Assembly (NCBI GenBank): GCA_015059495.1
Contig: SVAI01000001.1
Coordinates: 565,525-629,524, forward strand
Reading direction: 5' to 3'
Length of the DNA: 64,000 bases
Source of the DNA: Bacillota bacterium
Lineage (GTDB): Bacteria; Bacillota_I; Bacilli_A; RF39; UBA660
The notes beneath the pieces are model-generated. The model did no database searches. It was not told where the DNA came from and worked only from the letters and a program-made list of their open reading frames with translations. Shown here in pieces: positions 47,331 through 57,047 of this stretch (position 1 is its first letter; every line of letters starts with the position of its first letter). Both the position numbers and the translations under genes were made by a program.

Positions 47331-47840
47331 TTGTTTTTGTTTTTCATCTACTAATTTATTATATTTATTGATTAGTTCTTGAACATCTTCTAACATACCC
47401 TTTTCTTCATCTTCAGGTAGTTCAGCCTTTTTAATTTCATTATTAGCATCTTGTCTAATATTTCTTAAAGCTACTTTAGCATCTTCAGCATATGCTCTAG
47501 ATTGTTTAACATAATCTCTTCTAGTTTCTTCAGTTAAATTAGGTACAGTTAATATTACCATTTCCCCATTATTAGTTGGAGCAATACCAATATTAGCTTC
47601 ATTAATAGCTCTTTCTATTTCTTTAATAGCAGTTCTATCATAAGGCTTAATAAATAATTGTTTTGCTTCTGGAACAGTAATATTAGCTAAACTTTGGATT
47701 GGAGTTGGAACTCCAAAATAATCTACCATAATACCACTAACCATTGATGGGTTAGCTCTACCTGCTCTAATATTTAAAAATCTTTTATCTAAATTTTCTA
47801 AAGCAGCTTCCATTTTAAATTCTACTTCATTAATATCCAT
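47304..47840 (-). CDS. frr: Ribosome recycling factor
   Basis: Full-length RRF similarity (…NLDKRFLNIRAGRANPSMVSGIMVDYFGVPTPI…). The start was set at MDINEVEF. Confidence 0.9.
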   Translation of the reverse strand: MDINEVEFKMEAALENLDKRFLNIRAGRANPSMVSGIMVDYFGVPTPIQSLANITVPEAKQLFIKPYDRTAIKEIERAINEANIGIAPTNNGEMVILTVPNLTEETRRDYVKQSRAYAEDAKVALRNIRQDANNEIKKAELPEDEEKGMLEDVQELINKYNKLVDEKQKQKEAELMEI

Positions 47841-47848
47841 AATTATAA

Positions 47849-48532
47849 TCAATCCATTTCTATACTTACATTATAGTCCATATTGGCATTTTTTACAACT
47901 GTATTAATAACTACCTTCTCATCTTTAATTATAGATAAACTATATTCTGAATTTAATGTAGCATCAATATCTACTTCAGTGTCATCTTTAATATATTCTC
48001 TAATTTTAACTCTAATTTCTTGATCAGTTAAATTCTCTTTCTTTAAAATATCTCTTGTATTTAATATCTTACCTGTTTCTATATCAAATACATAATGATT
48101 AACAATTGACTTAGTTAATTGTTCTTCATTTTGTAAATAAGAGAATGTAGTAACATTTAAAGATATATATTTACTAGTAACATTATAATCATAACTAATC
48201 ATATCACAGCTTACTACATTACCTTCAGCATCTCTAATTAAACTATCTCTAATAGCAGACATATTATTATTTAATGTTTCTTGTAATTCCTTAGCATCTA
48301 CACTATCTATATTAATATTAATAGTTTTATATTCTAATGAATTATGTTCATCGATAGTTTCTAAATTAGAATAATAAATATAATCACTATCTTCTAAAAT
48401 CTTAATAGATTTCTTTTCTTCTACTTTAACTTCTTCTTTATCTTTTAAATAAATATCTTTATGAGTAATTAAATAAAATCCACCACCAAGTAATATAGCA
48501 ATAATAGTAACAAATACTATAATACTAGGCAT
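47849..48532 (-). CDS. Hypothetical membrane-anchored protein
   Basis: N-terminal TM helix (IIVFVTIIAILLGGGFYLI), then an extracytoplasmic domain of about 200 aa. It overlaps frr. Confidence 0.4.
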   Translation of the reverse strand: MPSIIVFVTIIAILLGGGFYLITHKDIYLKDKEEVKVEEKKSIKILEDSDYIYYSNLETIDEHNSLEYKTININIDSVDAKELQETLNNNMSAIRDSLIRDAEGNVVSCDMISYDYNVTSKYISLNVTTFSYLQNEEQLTKSIVNHYVFDIETGKILNTRDILKKENLTDQEIRVKIREYIKDDTEVDIDATLNSEYSLSIIKDEKVVINTVVKNANMDYNVSIEMD

Positions 48533-48545
48533 ATTTGTATCTTCT

Positions 48546-49130
48546 CTATTCATTATAATTAACCTCTTTTAAATAAGTATCTATCTTTAATTTAAATGCA
48601 TTAATTTTTTCTACAGTCCAATAATCTTCAGCTTTAATATTATTTCTATTAATAGATGTTTCATCATCAAAATGAATTATTTTACCATCTTTAACAAATA
48701 TTAATGCAGGAGTATATATTCTAGTTTCCCCAGTATCTTGCTTATATAAATAATTAGATAATAATCTTTCTAACTCTCTATAATACTTAGTAGATGTACC
48801 TCTATCTCTTTGTAAATCATAATAATATACTATTTTAGTATTATTAGCTTTTAATACATCATATAAATACTTAATATAATATTTAGACCAATCATTATTA
48901 GCAAATCCTAAAAATACTATACCAGTTTTATTCTTAATAACATCTACTACTTCAGATCCATATGAATATTTAAACATATTATTTTGATCAATATTATATT
49001 CATATGCAAATCTTTGTGCATCAGTTAAATCTTTTTCTTCTTTAAAATCTTTTTCTCCTAAATAAATAAATGCTCCAATTAATACAGCAAATAATACAAA
49101 ATATATAGCCATTCTTAAATATTTTTTCAT
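48546..49130 (-). CDS. Hypothetical membrane-anchored protein, possibly thioredoxin-fold but without CxxC
   Basis: TM anchor, then a GIVFLGFANNDWSKYY segment resembling a thioredoxin active-site region that has lost both Cys. Confidence 0.35.
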   Translation of the reverse strand: MKKYLRMAIYFVLFAVLIGAFIYLGEKDFKEEKDLTDAQRFAYEYNIDQNNMFKYSYGSEVVDVIKNKTGIVFLGFANNDWSKYYIKYLYDVLKANNTKIVYYYDLQRDRGTSTKYYRELERLLSNYLYKQDTGETRIYTPALIFVKDGKIIHFDDETSINRNNIKAEDYWTVEKINAFKLKIDTYLKEVNYNE

Positions 49131-49204
49131 AACTTCTACTTCCATTCTTTATATATATTTAATTTTACACGAATTTAACTTTTTAGTCAATTTTAAGACT
49201 ATAT

Positions 49205-49236
49205 TAACAAAATAAGAAGTGTATATTTTACACTTC
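49205..49236 (-). terminator. Terminator of nfo
   Basis: Minus-strand hairpin agaagtgtaaaatatacacttct plus a U-run, directly after the nfo stop. Confidence 0.5.
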
Positions 49237-50139
49237 TTATTCATAATACTTCTTAATATCACTATGTAAATTATTATTTAGCGTTTTATTTCTAATCATA
49301 TCTATTTCAAATTTATATGGTGGATATATTCTTGTTTCATCATTAACATCCTCACCAGTATAAGGTGTTTCAAGTATCTTAGGAATATTTTCTAACTTAG
49401 TATTATATATAACATTTAATAATGTATCAAATCCAATAGTGCCATATCCTATATTTTCATGTCTATCTTTATGAGATGCTATTACATTCTTACTATCATT
49501 AACATGAACACATTTAATTCTATCAATACCAATTAATTTATCAAAATTAGATAAATATTCATCAAACTTTTTCAAATCATATCCAGCATCATTTAAATGA
49601 CATGTATCAATACATACACCTAATCTTTCATGATTAACACTATCTATTACTTCCTTTAATTCTTCAGTAGTAATACCCATTTCATTACCTTTACCAGCCA
49701 TAGTTTCAAGTAATATATTACATGTATTATCACTTTTAAATACTTTATTTAATGTATCAATAATATTAGATATTGCTTCTTCTCTAGTTTCATTAACTGC
49801 AGAACCTGGATGAAGTACCATATTTTTAACACCCAATCTATCACATCTATCTAATTCATTTTTAATAAAATTAATAGCAAATTCATGTTTATCACTATCA
49901 TTACTAGCAGGATTAACAATATATGGAGCATGACATATAACATTATTAATATCAATATCATTATCTTTCATTAATTTTAAAGCTTGCATAGTTAATCTAT
50001 CATCTAATTCACTACGTCTAGTATTTTGTGGTGCACCAGTATAAAACATAAATGTATTAGCACCATATGAAATAGCTTCTTTAACCGAACCCAGTAATTG
50101 ATCAGATTTAAAACCTACATGAGAACCTATTATTAACAT
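49237..50139 (-). CDS. nfo: Endonuclease IV (AP endonuclease, xylose-isomerase-like TIM barrel)
   Basis: MLIIGSHVGF... with the conserved metal ligands (HAPY, HPGS, CIDTCH, HVNDSK, ILETP). The start was moved to MLIIGSH; the track ORF overlaps the upstream gene. Confidence 0.85.
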   Translation of the reverse strand: MLIIGSHVGFKSDQLLGSVKEAISYGANTFMFYTGAPQNTRRSELDDRLTMQALKLMKDNDIDINNVICHAPYIVNPASNDSDKHEFAINFIKNELDRCDRLGVKNMVLHPGSAVNETREEAISNIIDTLNKVFKSDNTCNILLETMAGKGNEMGITTEELKEVIDSVNHERLGVCIDTCHLNDAGYDLKKFDEYLSNFDKLIGIDRIKCVHVNDSKNVIASHKDRHENIGYGTIGFDTLLNVIYNTKLENIPKILETPYTGEDVNDETRIYPPYKFEIDMIRNKTLNNNLHSDIKKYYE

Positions 50140-50192
50140 ATTAATCACCAAATTAATTATAACATAAAAAAAGATACCTAAGTATCTTTTTG

Positions 50193-51695
50193 TTACCAAC
50201 TCATTCCACCATTTTCACATAGACCACTACCATCACTATAAACAGAGCACGATTCAAAATTAAATTTTTCATGATAATAGTCATTTGTCTGACAATAAGT
50301 AGTACTAGCACCACCTACATTTAAAAGTTGTCTTTGTTCTTCACAAATTTCCATAGAATCATATGGAATAAAAGATTTAACATGAGCTTTCCAAACTCCA
50401 TTCTCTAAATAACACTGTGGAGTAACAAGAGACCCCATAAATCCTTTTCTTTCCATACACCTATTATAATTATCAAAATCTTGATCAAATATTACATATG
50501 GATAATAAGATAATGTATATTCACTAACAGATACTTTTTCATATCCATAAGTAATATATTCATAATCCGCACTAAGGCAACCAAATCTTTGCAAACCATA
50601 TATTTCGTATGAACAAGTAAATGGCTTATAAGAATTAACTTCATCATTAAACGCTTGAGTTATAGGTCCAAAAGTATGATAAGTATCATAATAATCTTCA
50701 TCTTCACTACGATTATAATAAGGTCGTTTACCAAAACAGAATTCATCACCATTATTATAAATGCAAACCTCTGACTCAAGACCTTGATAACCAACAATCA
50801 TGTCTTCTCCTTCGTCACTTACATGAACAGCAGCACAATCTCCACCATATTCTTCAAATAAATCTTCATTTTTACTCATACACTCGGACAAGGAATAAAA
50901 CTTTTCATCATTATCATAATACTCATAATAATATTGACCATTTTCTTCTTTACAATCTTCATAATACATTTGAGTACACTCATCTAAAGTTGGAAGATTT
51001 TCACTCCTAAAATGCCTTACATATACATCCTTTAAATTAGTATAATACGCTATAGCATCTTGCTTTAAATATACTTTACGATTAGTTTTACTAATAAAGT
51101 CACTTAAACTATTACCAGATTTATTCATATCATATTTATCTTGTGATGTAACTAAGAATTTAGATAAAACCCTAGTAGTATCATATGTTTTAATTAAATT
51201 AACACTAAATTCAAACTTAGCACCTTGGTTATAATCTTGATTATGATTTTTAGCTAAGAATGTTACTTTTAATGTATAATTATGAGTTTGTCCAACGTCA
51301 ATACCAACATTAATAACAAACTGACCATTCACAGTTGGACATTCTCTTTGTGCAACATTAGCACCATTATCACTGATTAATTCACATACCAATTCATCAG
51401 TGTGGTCAAAAGTATTAACAATATCATTTAGATAAATATCATATAAAGCATATACATTACCTGTATTAGTAACACTAAACTTCTTTTCAATAAAATCCCC
51501 AGGAAGCATATTCCCAGCTATACCTTCTACACTACCATCTTCATAAGTAACTTCCATATTACCTGTTGTAATAACATTAGCATTAGCCTCACTATTAACA
51601 CTAGCAGTAAAATAAGCATAAGAAGAAACAGAAATAGTTATAACAATAGCGATAGCTACTATTACTACAAGAGGCTTAAAATATTTATTATTCAT
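50193..51695 (-). CDS. Secreted protein with a SipW-type signal and TasA/camelysin-like N-domain, plus a Cys/Tyr/acidic-rich C-terminal domain (paralog of 15067-16374)
   Basis: N-terminus ...ISVSSYAYFTASVNSEANANVITTGNMEVTYEDGSV...PGDFIEKKFSVTNTGNV...HNYTLKVTFL is co-linear with 15067-16374 (…HNYTLKISFL…). The C-terminal 300 aa have about 16 Cys. Confidence 0.6.
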   Translation of the reverse strand: MNNKYFKPLVVIVAIAIVITISVSSYAYFTASVNSEANANVITTGNMEVTYEDGSVEGIAGNMLPGDFIEKKFSVTNTGNVYALYDIYLNDIVNTFDHTDELVCELISDNGANVAQRECPTVNGQFVINVGIDVGQTHNYTLKVTFLAKNHNQDYNQGAKFEFSVNLIKTYDTTRVLSKFLVTSQDKYDMNKSGNSLSDFISKTNRKVYLKQDAIAYYTNLKDVYVRHFRSENLPTLDECTQMYYEDCKEENGQYYYEYYDNDEKFYSLSECMSKNEDLFEEYGGDCAAVHVSDEGEDMIVGYQGLESEVCIYNNGDEFCFGKRPYYNRSEDEDYYDTYHTFGPITQAFNDEVNSYKPFTCSYEIYGLQRFGCLSADYEYITYGYEKVSVSEYTLSYYPYVIFDQDFDNYNRCMERKGFMGSLVTPQCYLENGVWKAHVKSFIPYDSMEICEEQRQLLNVGGASTTYCQTNDYYHEKFNFESCSVYSDGSGLCENGGMSW

Positions 51696-51802
51696 AAATA
51701 ACCTCCATATATTTTTATCAAGTACTCTTTTATCTTAATAAAATAATAACATATATTTTTTTATAAATAAATAATAAAAAAAGATACTTTACAGTATCTT
51801 TT

Positions 51803-53578
51803 TTATCTCTTAATCTTATATGGGAATTGACTAGATCCATCTCCACCTATAACTCTAACATCATTTTTTAAATACAATGTTGGATATACTGAATCATCTT
51901 CAATAATAGAAGTAGGAAGAATTCTTTTATTAATAGTTAACCCTAAAGAATTATCAGTATTACTACCATAAGGTGTAAGAACCCATTTTAGTACATCCCT
52001 TTCATTTAACCATGACTTAGGACAACTAGTCTTAACATATGCTGATAAAGTAGGACCTAAACAATTAATATCTCCCTGAGCATAAGCAAAATCACTTAAA
52101 TACGGTAACGCTATCTTACCTATCCATGAAGCATTTCTATTTAAATCTTTTATTCTACTTCCAGTACCATTATATTCATAACCTAGATTTATACTACGTT
52201 CATGATTATACATTGTTCCAAAACTTATTTTAGTATAATTTTCACTTGAAGGTGTAGCACCAACACTCCAGTTTACAGGTTGAATCATCTTTTCATATGT
52301 TTCATTAATAATTTTAGTCGGCATTCTTGCGTCTTTTTGATTATAAGATCCATTAAACCATTTACCATCTGTTCCAATTGTTATATTGCCTAGATAATCA
52401 GTATTTAATTCTCTCATAAGATCTGCACCAGTATATTGATTACCATCAGTATCAGTAGCTTCACCCCACTGATTATACCCTTTACCACCATTCTCTGTAA
52501 TCAAAGAAGTATCCCATGCATAATCTCCTAATGGTTCGGCTCTAATTATTTTAACTCTGGAATCCTTGTTATATTTATCATCTTCTACATTATTAAATAC
52601 ACCAACTATTCTCCACTTTTCACAAGTCGAATCGTTCATTTGATCTGCTACTGTAGTAGTACAATTAAAATAAATATAATTCTTAGGATCTGTACCTATA
52701 TATCTTAAATTATTATCACTAGTACGGAAATCACCATATGTATCAGAACCATCATATTTTAAATCAGGAGTTCCTAAACCTAAAATCTTAGTAATTAATG
52801 CAGATGAAGAATCTTTCTTAACTAATGCAACATTAGAATAATATCTTTTAGTAACTTTCTTTTGACATATTCCTCCAACATCTTGATAAGCACTTGGACA
52901 TTTAAGGACTCCATTTTTCTTAACTTTAGTAATGGTCTTATCAGCATCAATTACTTCTTCTTCATATTCTATTATTAATCTATAAGTATTATCTTCAGTT
53001 CCACTTAATGTTCTTAAATAATAAATCATAGATGGTGTCATTTGATTTAAAGCATCAAACTTAATTCTATTAGCTTCTAATGACATATTACAAGAATTAT
53101 CTGAACTTAACTTACCAGCTCTAGTAGTACACTTTTTAATATCATTAACATTATAATTAGTAATATAAATATTCTTAACTTTAAATGTACTTCTTAATTG
53201 TTCACAAAAGGATAACTTAACACCTTCATTAGTTTTAGAAAATTCAGGTACATCTTTAACAGATATATTAGCATCTATATTATATAGTATTGGATTATTA
53301 CAACTAAATACTTGAACCTTTTTACCACCATGAACATACTTATCTCCATCTCTAACTTCAGGTCCTAAATAATAATCTATATAATCTTCTAAATTTAAAT
53401 TAGTTAAAAAATCTTCAATATAATAAGTTCTATAAATATATGATATATCATTATAAGAAGCTCTTCTTTTATTATTAGATAAAACATTAACAAAAGATTG
53501 ATATACCATAACAAGTCCAAGTGATAATATGACAATAACTACAATGGTTTCAACAAAAACAAATCCCTTATTCTTCAT
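51803..53578 (-). CDS. Large (591 aa) prepilin-type N-terminal-cleavage/methylation-domain protein (minor pilin or tip-adhesin candidate)
   Basis: MKNKGFVFVETIVVIVILSLGLVMVYQSF matches the class III (type IV pilin) signal G|F-x-x-x-E with a hydrophobic helix. The long C-terminal domain is Cys-containing. Confidence 0.55.
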   Translation of the reverse strand: MKNKGFVFVETIVVIVILSLGLVMVYQSFVNVLSNNKRRASYNDISYIYRTYYIEDFLTNLNLEDYIDYYLGPEVRDGDKYVHGGKKVQVFSCNNPILYNIDANISVKDVPEFSKTNEGVKLSFCEQLRSTFKVKNIYITNYNVNDIKKCTTRAGKLSSDNSCNMSLEANRIKFDALNQMTPSMIYYLRTLSGTEDNTYRLIIEYEEEVIDADKTITKVKKNGVLKCPSAYQDVGGICQKKVTKRYYSNVALVKKDSSSALITKILGLGTPDLKYDGSDTYGDFRTSDNNLRYIGTDPKNYIYFNCTTTVADQMNDSTCEKWRIVGVFNNVEDDKYNKDSRVKIIRAEPLGDYAWDTSLITENGGKGYNQWGEATDTDGNQYTGADLMRELNTDYLGNITIGTDGKWFNGSYNQKDARMPTKIINETYEKMIQPVNWSVGATPSSENYTKISFGTMYNHERSINLGYEYNGTGSRIKDLNRNASWIGKIALPYLSDFAYAQGDINCLGPTLSAYVKTSCPKSWLNERDVLKWVLTPYGSNTDNSLGLTINKRILPTSIIEDDSVYPTLYLKNDVRVIGGDGSSQFPYKIKR

Positions 53579-53643
53579 AGTATCACCCTTCTATTATTTA
53601 TAATTATAACACAAAAAAAGATGATTTAAAATCATCTTTTATT

Positions 53644-55113
53644 TTAATTTTCAGGTTTCATTATTGGGAATAATACTACATCTCTAATAGATGGAGCATC
53701 AAATAAGATCATCATTAATCTATCAATACCAAATCCTAAACCAGAAATTGGAGGCATACCTTGTTCCATAGCTCTTAAGTAAGTTTCATCTAAATCCATA
53801 GTCTCGTCATCACCTTGAGCTTTAGCCTTTAATTGATCTTCAAATGATTGTCTTTGTTGTTTAGGGTTAACTAACTCTGAATATGCTTTACATAATTCAG
53901 TACCTAAACATACTACTTGGAATACATCTATAATCTTTTCATTAGCATCATTTCTTCTAGCTAAAGGAATTAATACTGCAGGATAATTATAAATAATTGT
54001 AGGTTCTACAATAGATTTTCTAATATAATTCTTATAAACAAAATCTATAATTTGAGAAACTGATTTATAATCTTCTAATTCTGCCATAGTAAATAATTTC
54101 TTTTCTACTACTCTTTCTTTTAATACACTAGGATCTTCTATATCTAAGAAATCTTCACCTAATATTTTTTTCATTTCTTCAACATAATTAATTCTTGGCC
54201 ATTCTTCCTTACCAAAATCAATTTCATGTCCTTGATAAGTAATAGTAGTAGTACCCTTTAAATACATTACTAATTCTCTAATAAACTTAGTATAGAATTT
54301 AATATTATCTTCAAAATTCCAATAAGAAGCATACCATTCTACTTGAGTAAATTCTTGTAAGTGTTCAGAATCCATTCCTTCATTTCTAAAACATTTAGCA
54401 ACTTCAAATACTCTATCAAATCCAGCAATAATACATTCTTTTAAGAATATTTCTGGAGCAATTCTTAAATTACAATCAATATCTAATGCATTATGATGAG
54501 TAAAGAATGGTCTAGCACTAGCACCAGATACAGCAGTTTGTACAATTGGTGTTTCAACTTCTAAGAAACCATTTTCACCTAAGAATTTTCTTAAGAATGC
54601 ATAAAACTTACTTCTTCCTAAGAATACATTTCTAGATTCTTCATTCATAATTAAGTCTACATATCTTTCTCTATACTTAACTTCAGTATCTTGTAGACCA
54701 TGGAATTTTTCAGGTAGTGGTCTTAATGCTTTACCTAGGAAAGTTAATTTTTCAACAGCAAGTGATTTTTCACCAGTTTGAGTAGTAATAATTTCACCAT
54801 CTGCACCAATAAAATCACCACTATCAATAAGTCTCTTAAAGAAGTCATATCCTTCTTCACCTAACTTATCTGCTTCAATCTTTAATTGGATAGCACCTTC
54901 TAAATCTCTAATCTTTACAAAAGATAGTTTACCCATCTTTCTCATAAACATAACTCTACCAGCAATTCTTACATCTTTAGTACCATCTTCTAATTCTCTA
55001 GCTTCAGCAATACTATGAGTTCTATCAAATTTATCTGGATAAGGATTACATACCTTAGATATTTCTTCTAACTTTTGTCTTCTTACTAATTCTTGTTCTG
55101 ATAATTTTTCCAT
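53644..55113 (-). CDS. lysS: Lysyl-tRNA synthetase (class II)
   Basis: MEKLSEQELVRRQKLEEI..., an OB anticodon-binding domain and class II motifs 1-3 (…FRNEGMDSEHLQEFT…GLGFGIDRLMM…). The start was set at MEKLS, which has an AGAGGTG RBS. Confidence 0.9.
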   Translation of the reverse strand: MEKLSEQELVRRQKLEEISKVCNPYPDKFDRTHSIAEARELEDGTKDVRIAGRVMFMRKMGKLSFVKIRDLEGAIQLKIEADKLGEEGYDFFKRLIDSGDFIGADGEIITTQTGEKSLAVEKLTFLGKALRPLPEKFHGLQDTEVKYRERYVDLIMNEESRNVFLGRSKFYAFLRKFLGENGFLEVETPIVQTAVSGASARPFFTHHNALDIDCNLRIAPEIFLKECIIAGFDRVFEVAKCFRNEGMDSEHLQEFTQVEWYASYWNFEDNIKFYTKFIRELVMYLKGTTTITYQGHEIDFGKEEWPRINYVEEMKKILGEDFLDIEDPSVLKERVVEKKLFTMAELEDYKSVSQIIDFVYKNYIRKSIVEPTIIYNYPAVLIPLARRNDANEKIIDVFQVVCLGTELCKAYSELVNPKQQRQSFEDQLKAKAQGDDETMDLDETYLRAMEQGMPPISGLGFGIDRLMMILFDAPSIRDVVLFPIMKPEN

Positions 55114-55138
55114 ATCTCGCACCTCTTTTTTCTTTAAA

Positions 55139-55167
55139 ATTATACTATAAACACTACATTTAGTCAA
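55139..55167 (-). promoter_or_regulatory. Consensus sigma-A promoter of lysS
   Basis: Minus-strand TTGACT-17-TATAAT, about 25 nt upstream of the ATG. The leader is short and carries no T-box motif. Confidence 0.55.
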
Positions 55168-55170
55168 AAT

Positions 55171-55194
55171 AAAATGATGCTTTTAGCATCATTT
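55171..55194 (-). terminator. Terminator of the GGDEF gene
   Basis: Hairpin aaaatgatgc-tttt-agcatcatttt plus a U-run on the minus strand. Confidence 0.55.
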
Positions 55195-56264
55195 TAACCA
55201 ACTACTTTATTTCTACCTGTTTCTTTAGCTTTATATAAATTATCATCTGCTACTTTAACATTATCTTCTATAGTCTTTTTAGGATTAAATTTAGCTACTC
55301 CCATCGAAACAGTAATATTAATTTTTGTCTTACCGGCTTTAAATTTAATTTTAGATATTTCTTCTCTCATTTTATCAAGACGACGTTTAAAATCCTTGCT
55401 ACCAACCTTTGGATCACCAACGATTAAAAACTCTTCGCCACCCCATCTACCAACTTTAATTAAATCTCTATTTAATTCTAAGAACTTATTAGCTAAAGCT
55501 TGTAATATTTCGTCTCCAGCATTATGTCCATATGTATCATTAACATTTTTAAAATGATCTAAATCAGCAATTGCTATATAAAAACTTTTCTTAGCATCCA
55601 TCATTTCAGTTAATATTTCATTTAAACCATATCTATTATATAAAGTTGTAAGTTCATCAAAGTCTGCTTTTCTCTTTAATTTTCTCTTATCTTCATTATT
55701 AATCATTGATGATAAAATACAAAACGATGATACCGCAGCCATAGATACCGAACTGTTTAACGCATGTATTGTATATACTGAAAAAGTAGGATTAATTAAA
55801 CCTGATGAATATCTTGTATAGTGACATATATAACTTAAAAAATAATATGTAATTATAAATAATGCGCCAGCTAATATAATATGAAGTGATTTATTTTTAG
55901 AATTATCAGGAATATAAAATGGTAAAAAGAATATACATAATATACCATATAAGTATTGTTGAAATCCATAATCCCAACCCATAACTATCGTAGCAATAAT
56001 CATAAATACATATAATTGAGTTAATAATAAATATAATCCCATAGATCTTTTATTTTGTTCATATAAATGATATATAAATAAATTACATAATAAACAAGCA
56101 GAATTAACTACAAACATTACCTTAGATTCATAATAAAAAATATAGCCAAAAATAAAATCTACTATAATTATTAAAAAAAGGCATACATAAAACATCAATG
56201 ATATTTTATTTTCTTTTTCTTCTCTTCTATGCCATAAATATTTTAATCTTGCAATTGGATTCAT
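55194..56264 (-). CDS. Membrane-bound diguanylate cyclase (GGDEF domain)
   Basis: Six N-terminal TM helices, then a GGDEF domain with an active-site GGEEF (RWGGEEFLIVG) and a conserved …DHFKNVNDTYGH… segment. No EAL or HD-GYP domain. Confidence 0.8.
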   Translation of the reverse strand: MNPIARLKYLWHRREEKENKISLMFYVCLFLIIIVDFIFGYIFYYESKVMFVVNSACLLCNLFIYHLYEQNKRSMGLYLLLTQLYVFMIIATIVMGWDYGFQQYLYGILCIFFLPFYIPDNSKNKSLHIILAGALFIITYYFLSYICHYTRYSSGLINPTFSVYTIHALNSSVSMAAVSSFCILSSMINNEDKRKLKRKADFDELTTLYNRYGLNEILTEMMDAKKSFYIAIADLDHFKNVNDTYGHNAGDEILQALANKFLELNRDLIKVGRWGGEEFLIVGDPKVGSKDFKRRLDKMREEISKIKFKAGKTKINITVSMGVAKFNPKKTIEDNVKVADDNLYKAKETGRNKVVG

Positions 56265-56306
56265 TTTTTCACTTCCTGTACTAATATTATATAATGTAAT
56301 CTAGTT

Positions 56307-57047
56307 TTATTCAAACTTCTTTTTTAATACCGAATATTCACTTTTATTATTAAAAAAATGATAAGTATCCTGATACATATTAGATATATCATTACTATTT
56401 AAATATTTAATATTTCTATAAGATATATTATATAAATATCTTTCTAAATAGAATTTATTTTCAATATACTTAATAGATTTAATATAACTAATTAATCTAT
56501 AAAGTAAAAACACAATTATATATATTATATTAATTTTCAAATTAATGCAATTAATAATGAATAAAAATAAACTAATTATAGATATTACTAACATAATTTT
56601 ATTAACTAATTTATATGGATAAATATATTCTAATAATAAATGTATTATCTTTTCTCCATCTAATCCTATCATGGGTATTAAATTAAATATTATTAAAGAT
56701 ATATTATTACTTATAAATAAATTATAAGTATTATTACTGATTAAATTATATTTATATAATTTATAAAAAATAATAAATAATAATAATTGATTTAATATAC
56801 CACCTAAAGATATTAATAACTCACTAAATATATTATGATTAACTAAACTATTATATTTACTTATACCTCCAAAAGCATATATTTTAATACTTATAATATC
56901 TTTATTAAATAATTTAATAAAAAATATATGTCCTAATTCATGTATTATTATAATTAAATATAATATTAATATACTTTTAAAATAACCACATAAAAAAGAT
57001 AATATAAGTATTAAATAAAACGATATATCAAACTTTATAATCTTCAT
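56307..57047 (-). CDS. spoIVFB: Site-2 (M50) zinc metalloprotease, SpoIVFB-like pro-sigma-K processing enzyme
   Basis: HELGH zinc motif in TM helix 2 and a polytopic membrane topology. It sits directly downstream of a SpoIVFA-like gene, with a 20-nt overlap. Confidence 0.65.
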   Translation of the reverse strand: MKIIKFDISFYLILILSFLCGYFKSILILYLIIIIHELGHIFFIKLFNKDIISIKIYAFGGISKYNSLVNHNIFSELLISLGGILNQLLLFIIFYKLYKYNLISNNTYNLFISNNISLIIFNLIPMIGLDGEKIIHLLLEYIYPYKLVNKIMLVISIISLFLFIINCINLKINIIYIIVFLLYRLISYIKSIKYIENKFYLERYLYNISYRNIKYLNSNDISNMYQDTYHFFNNKSEYSVLKKKFE

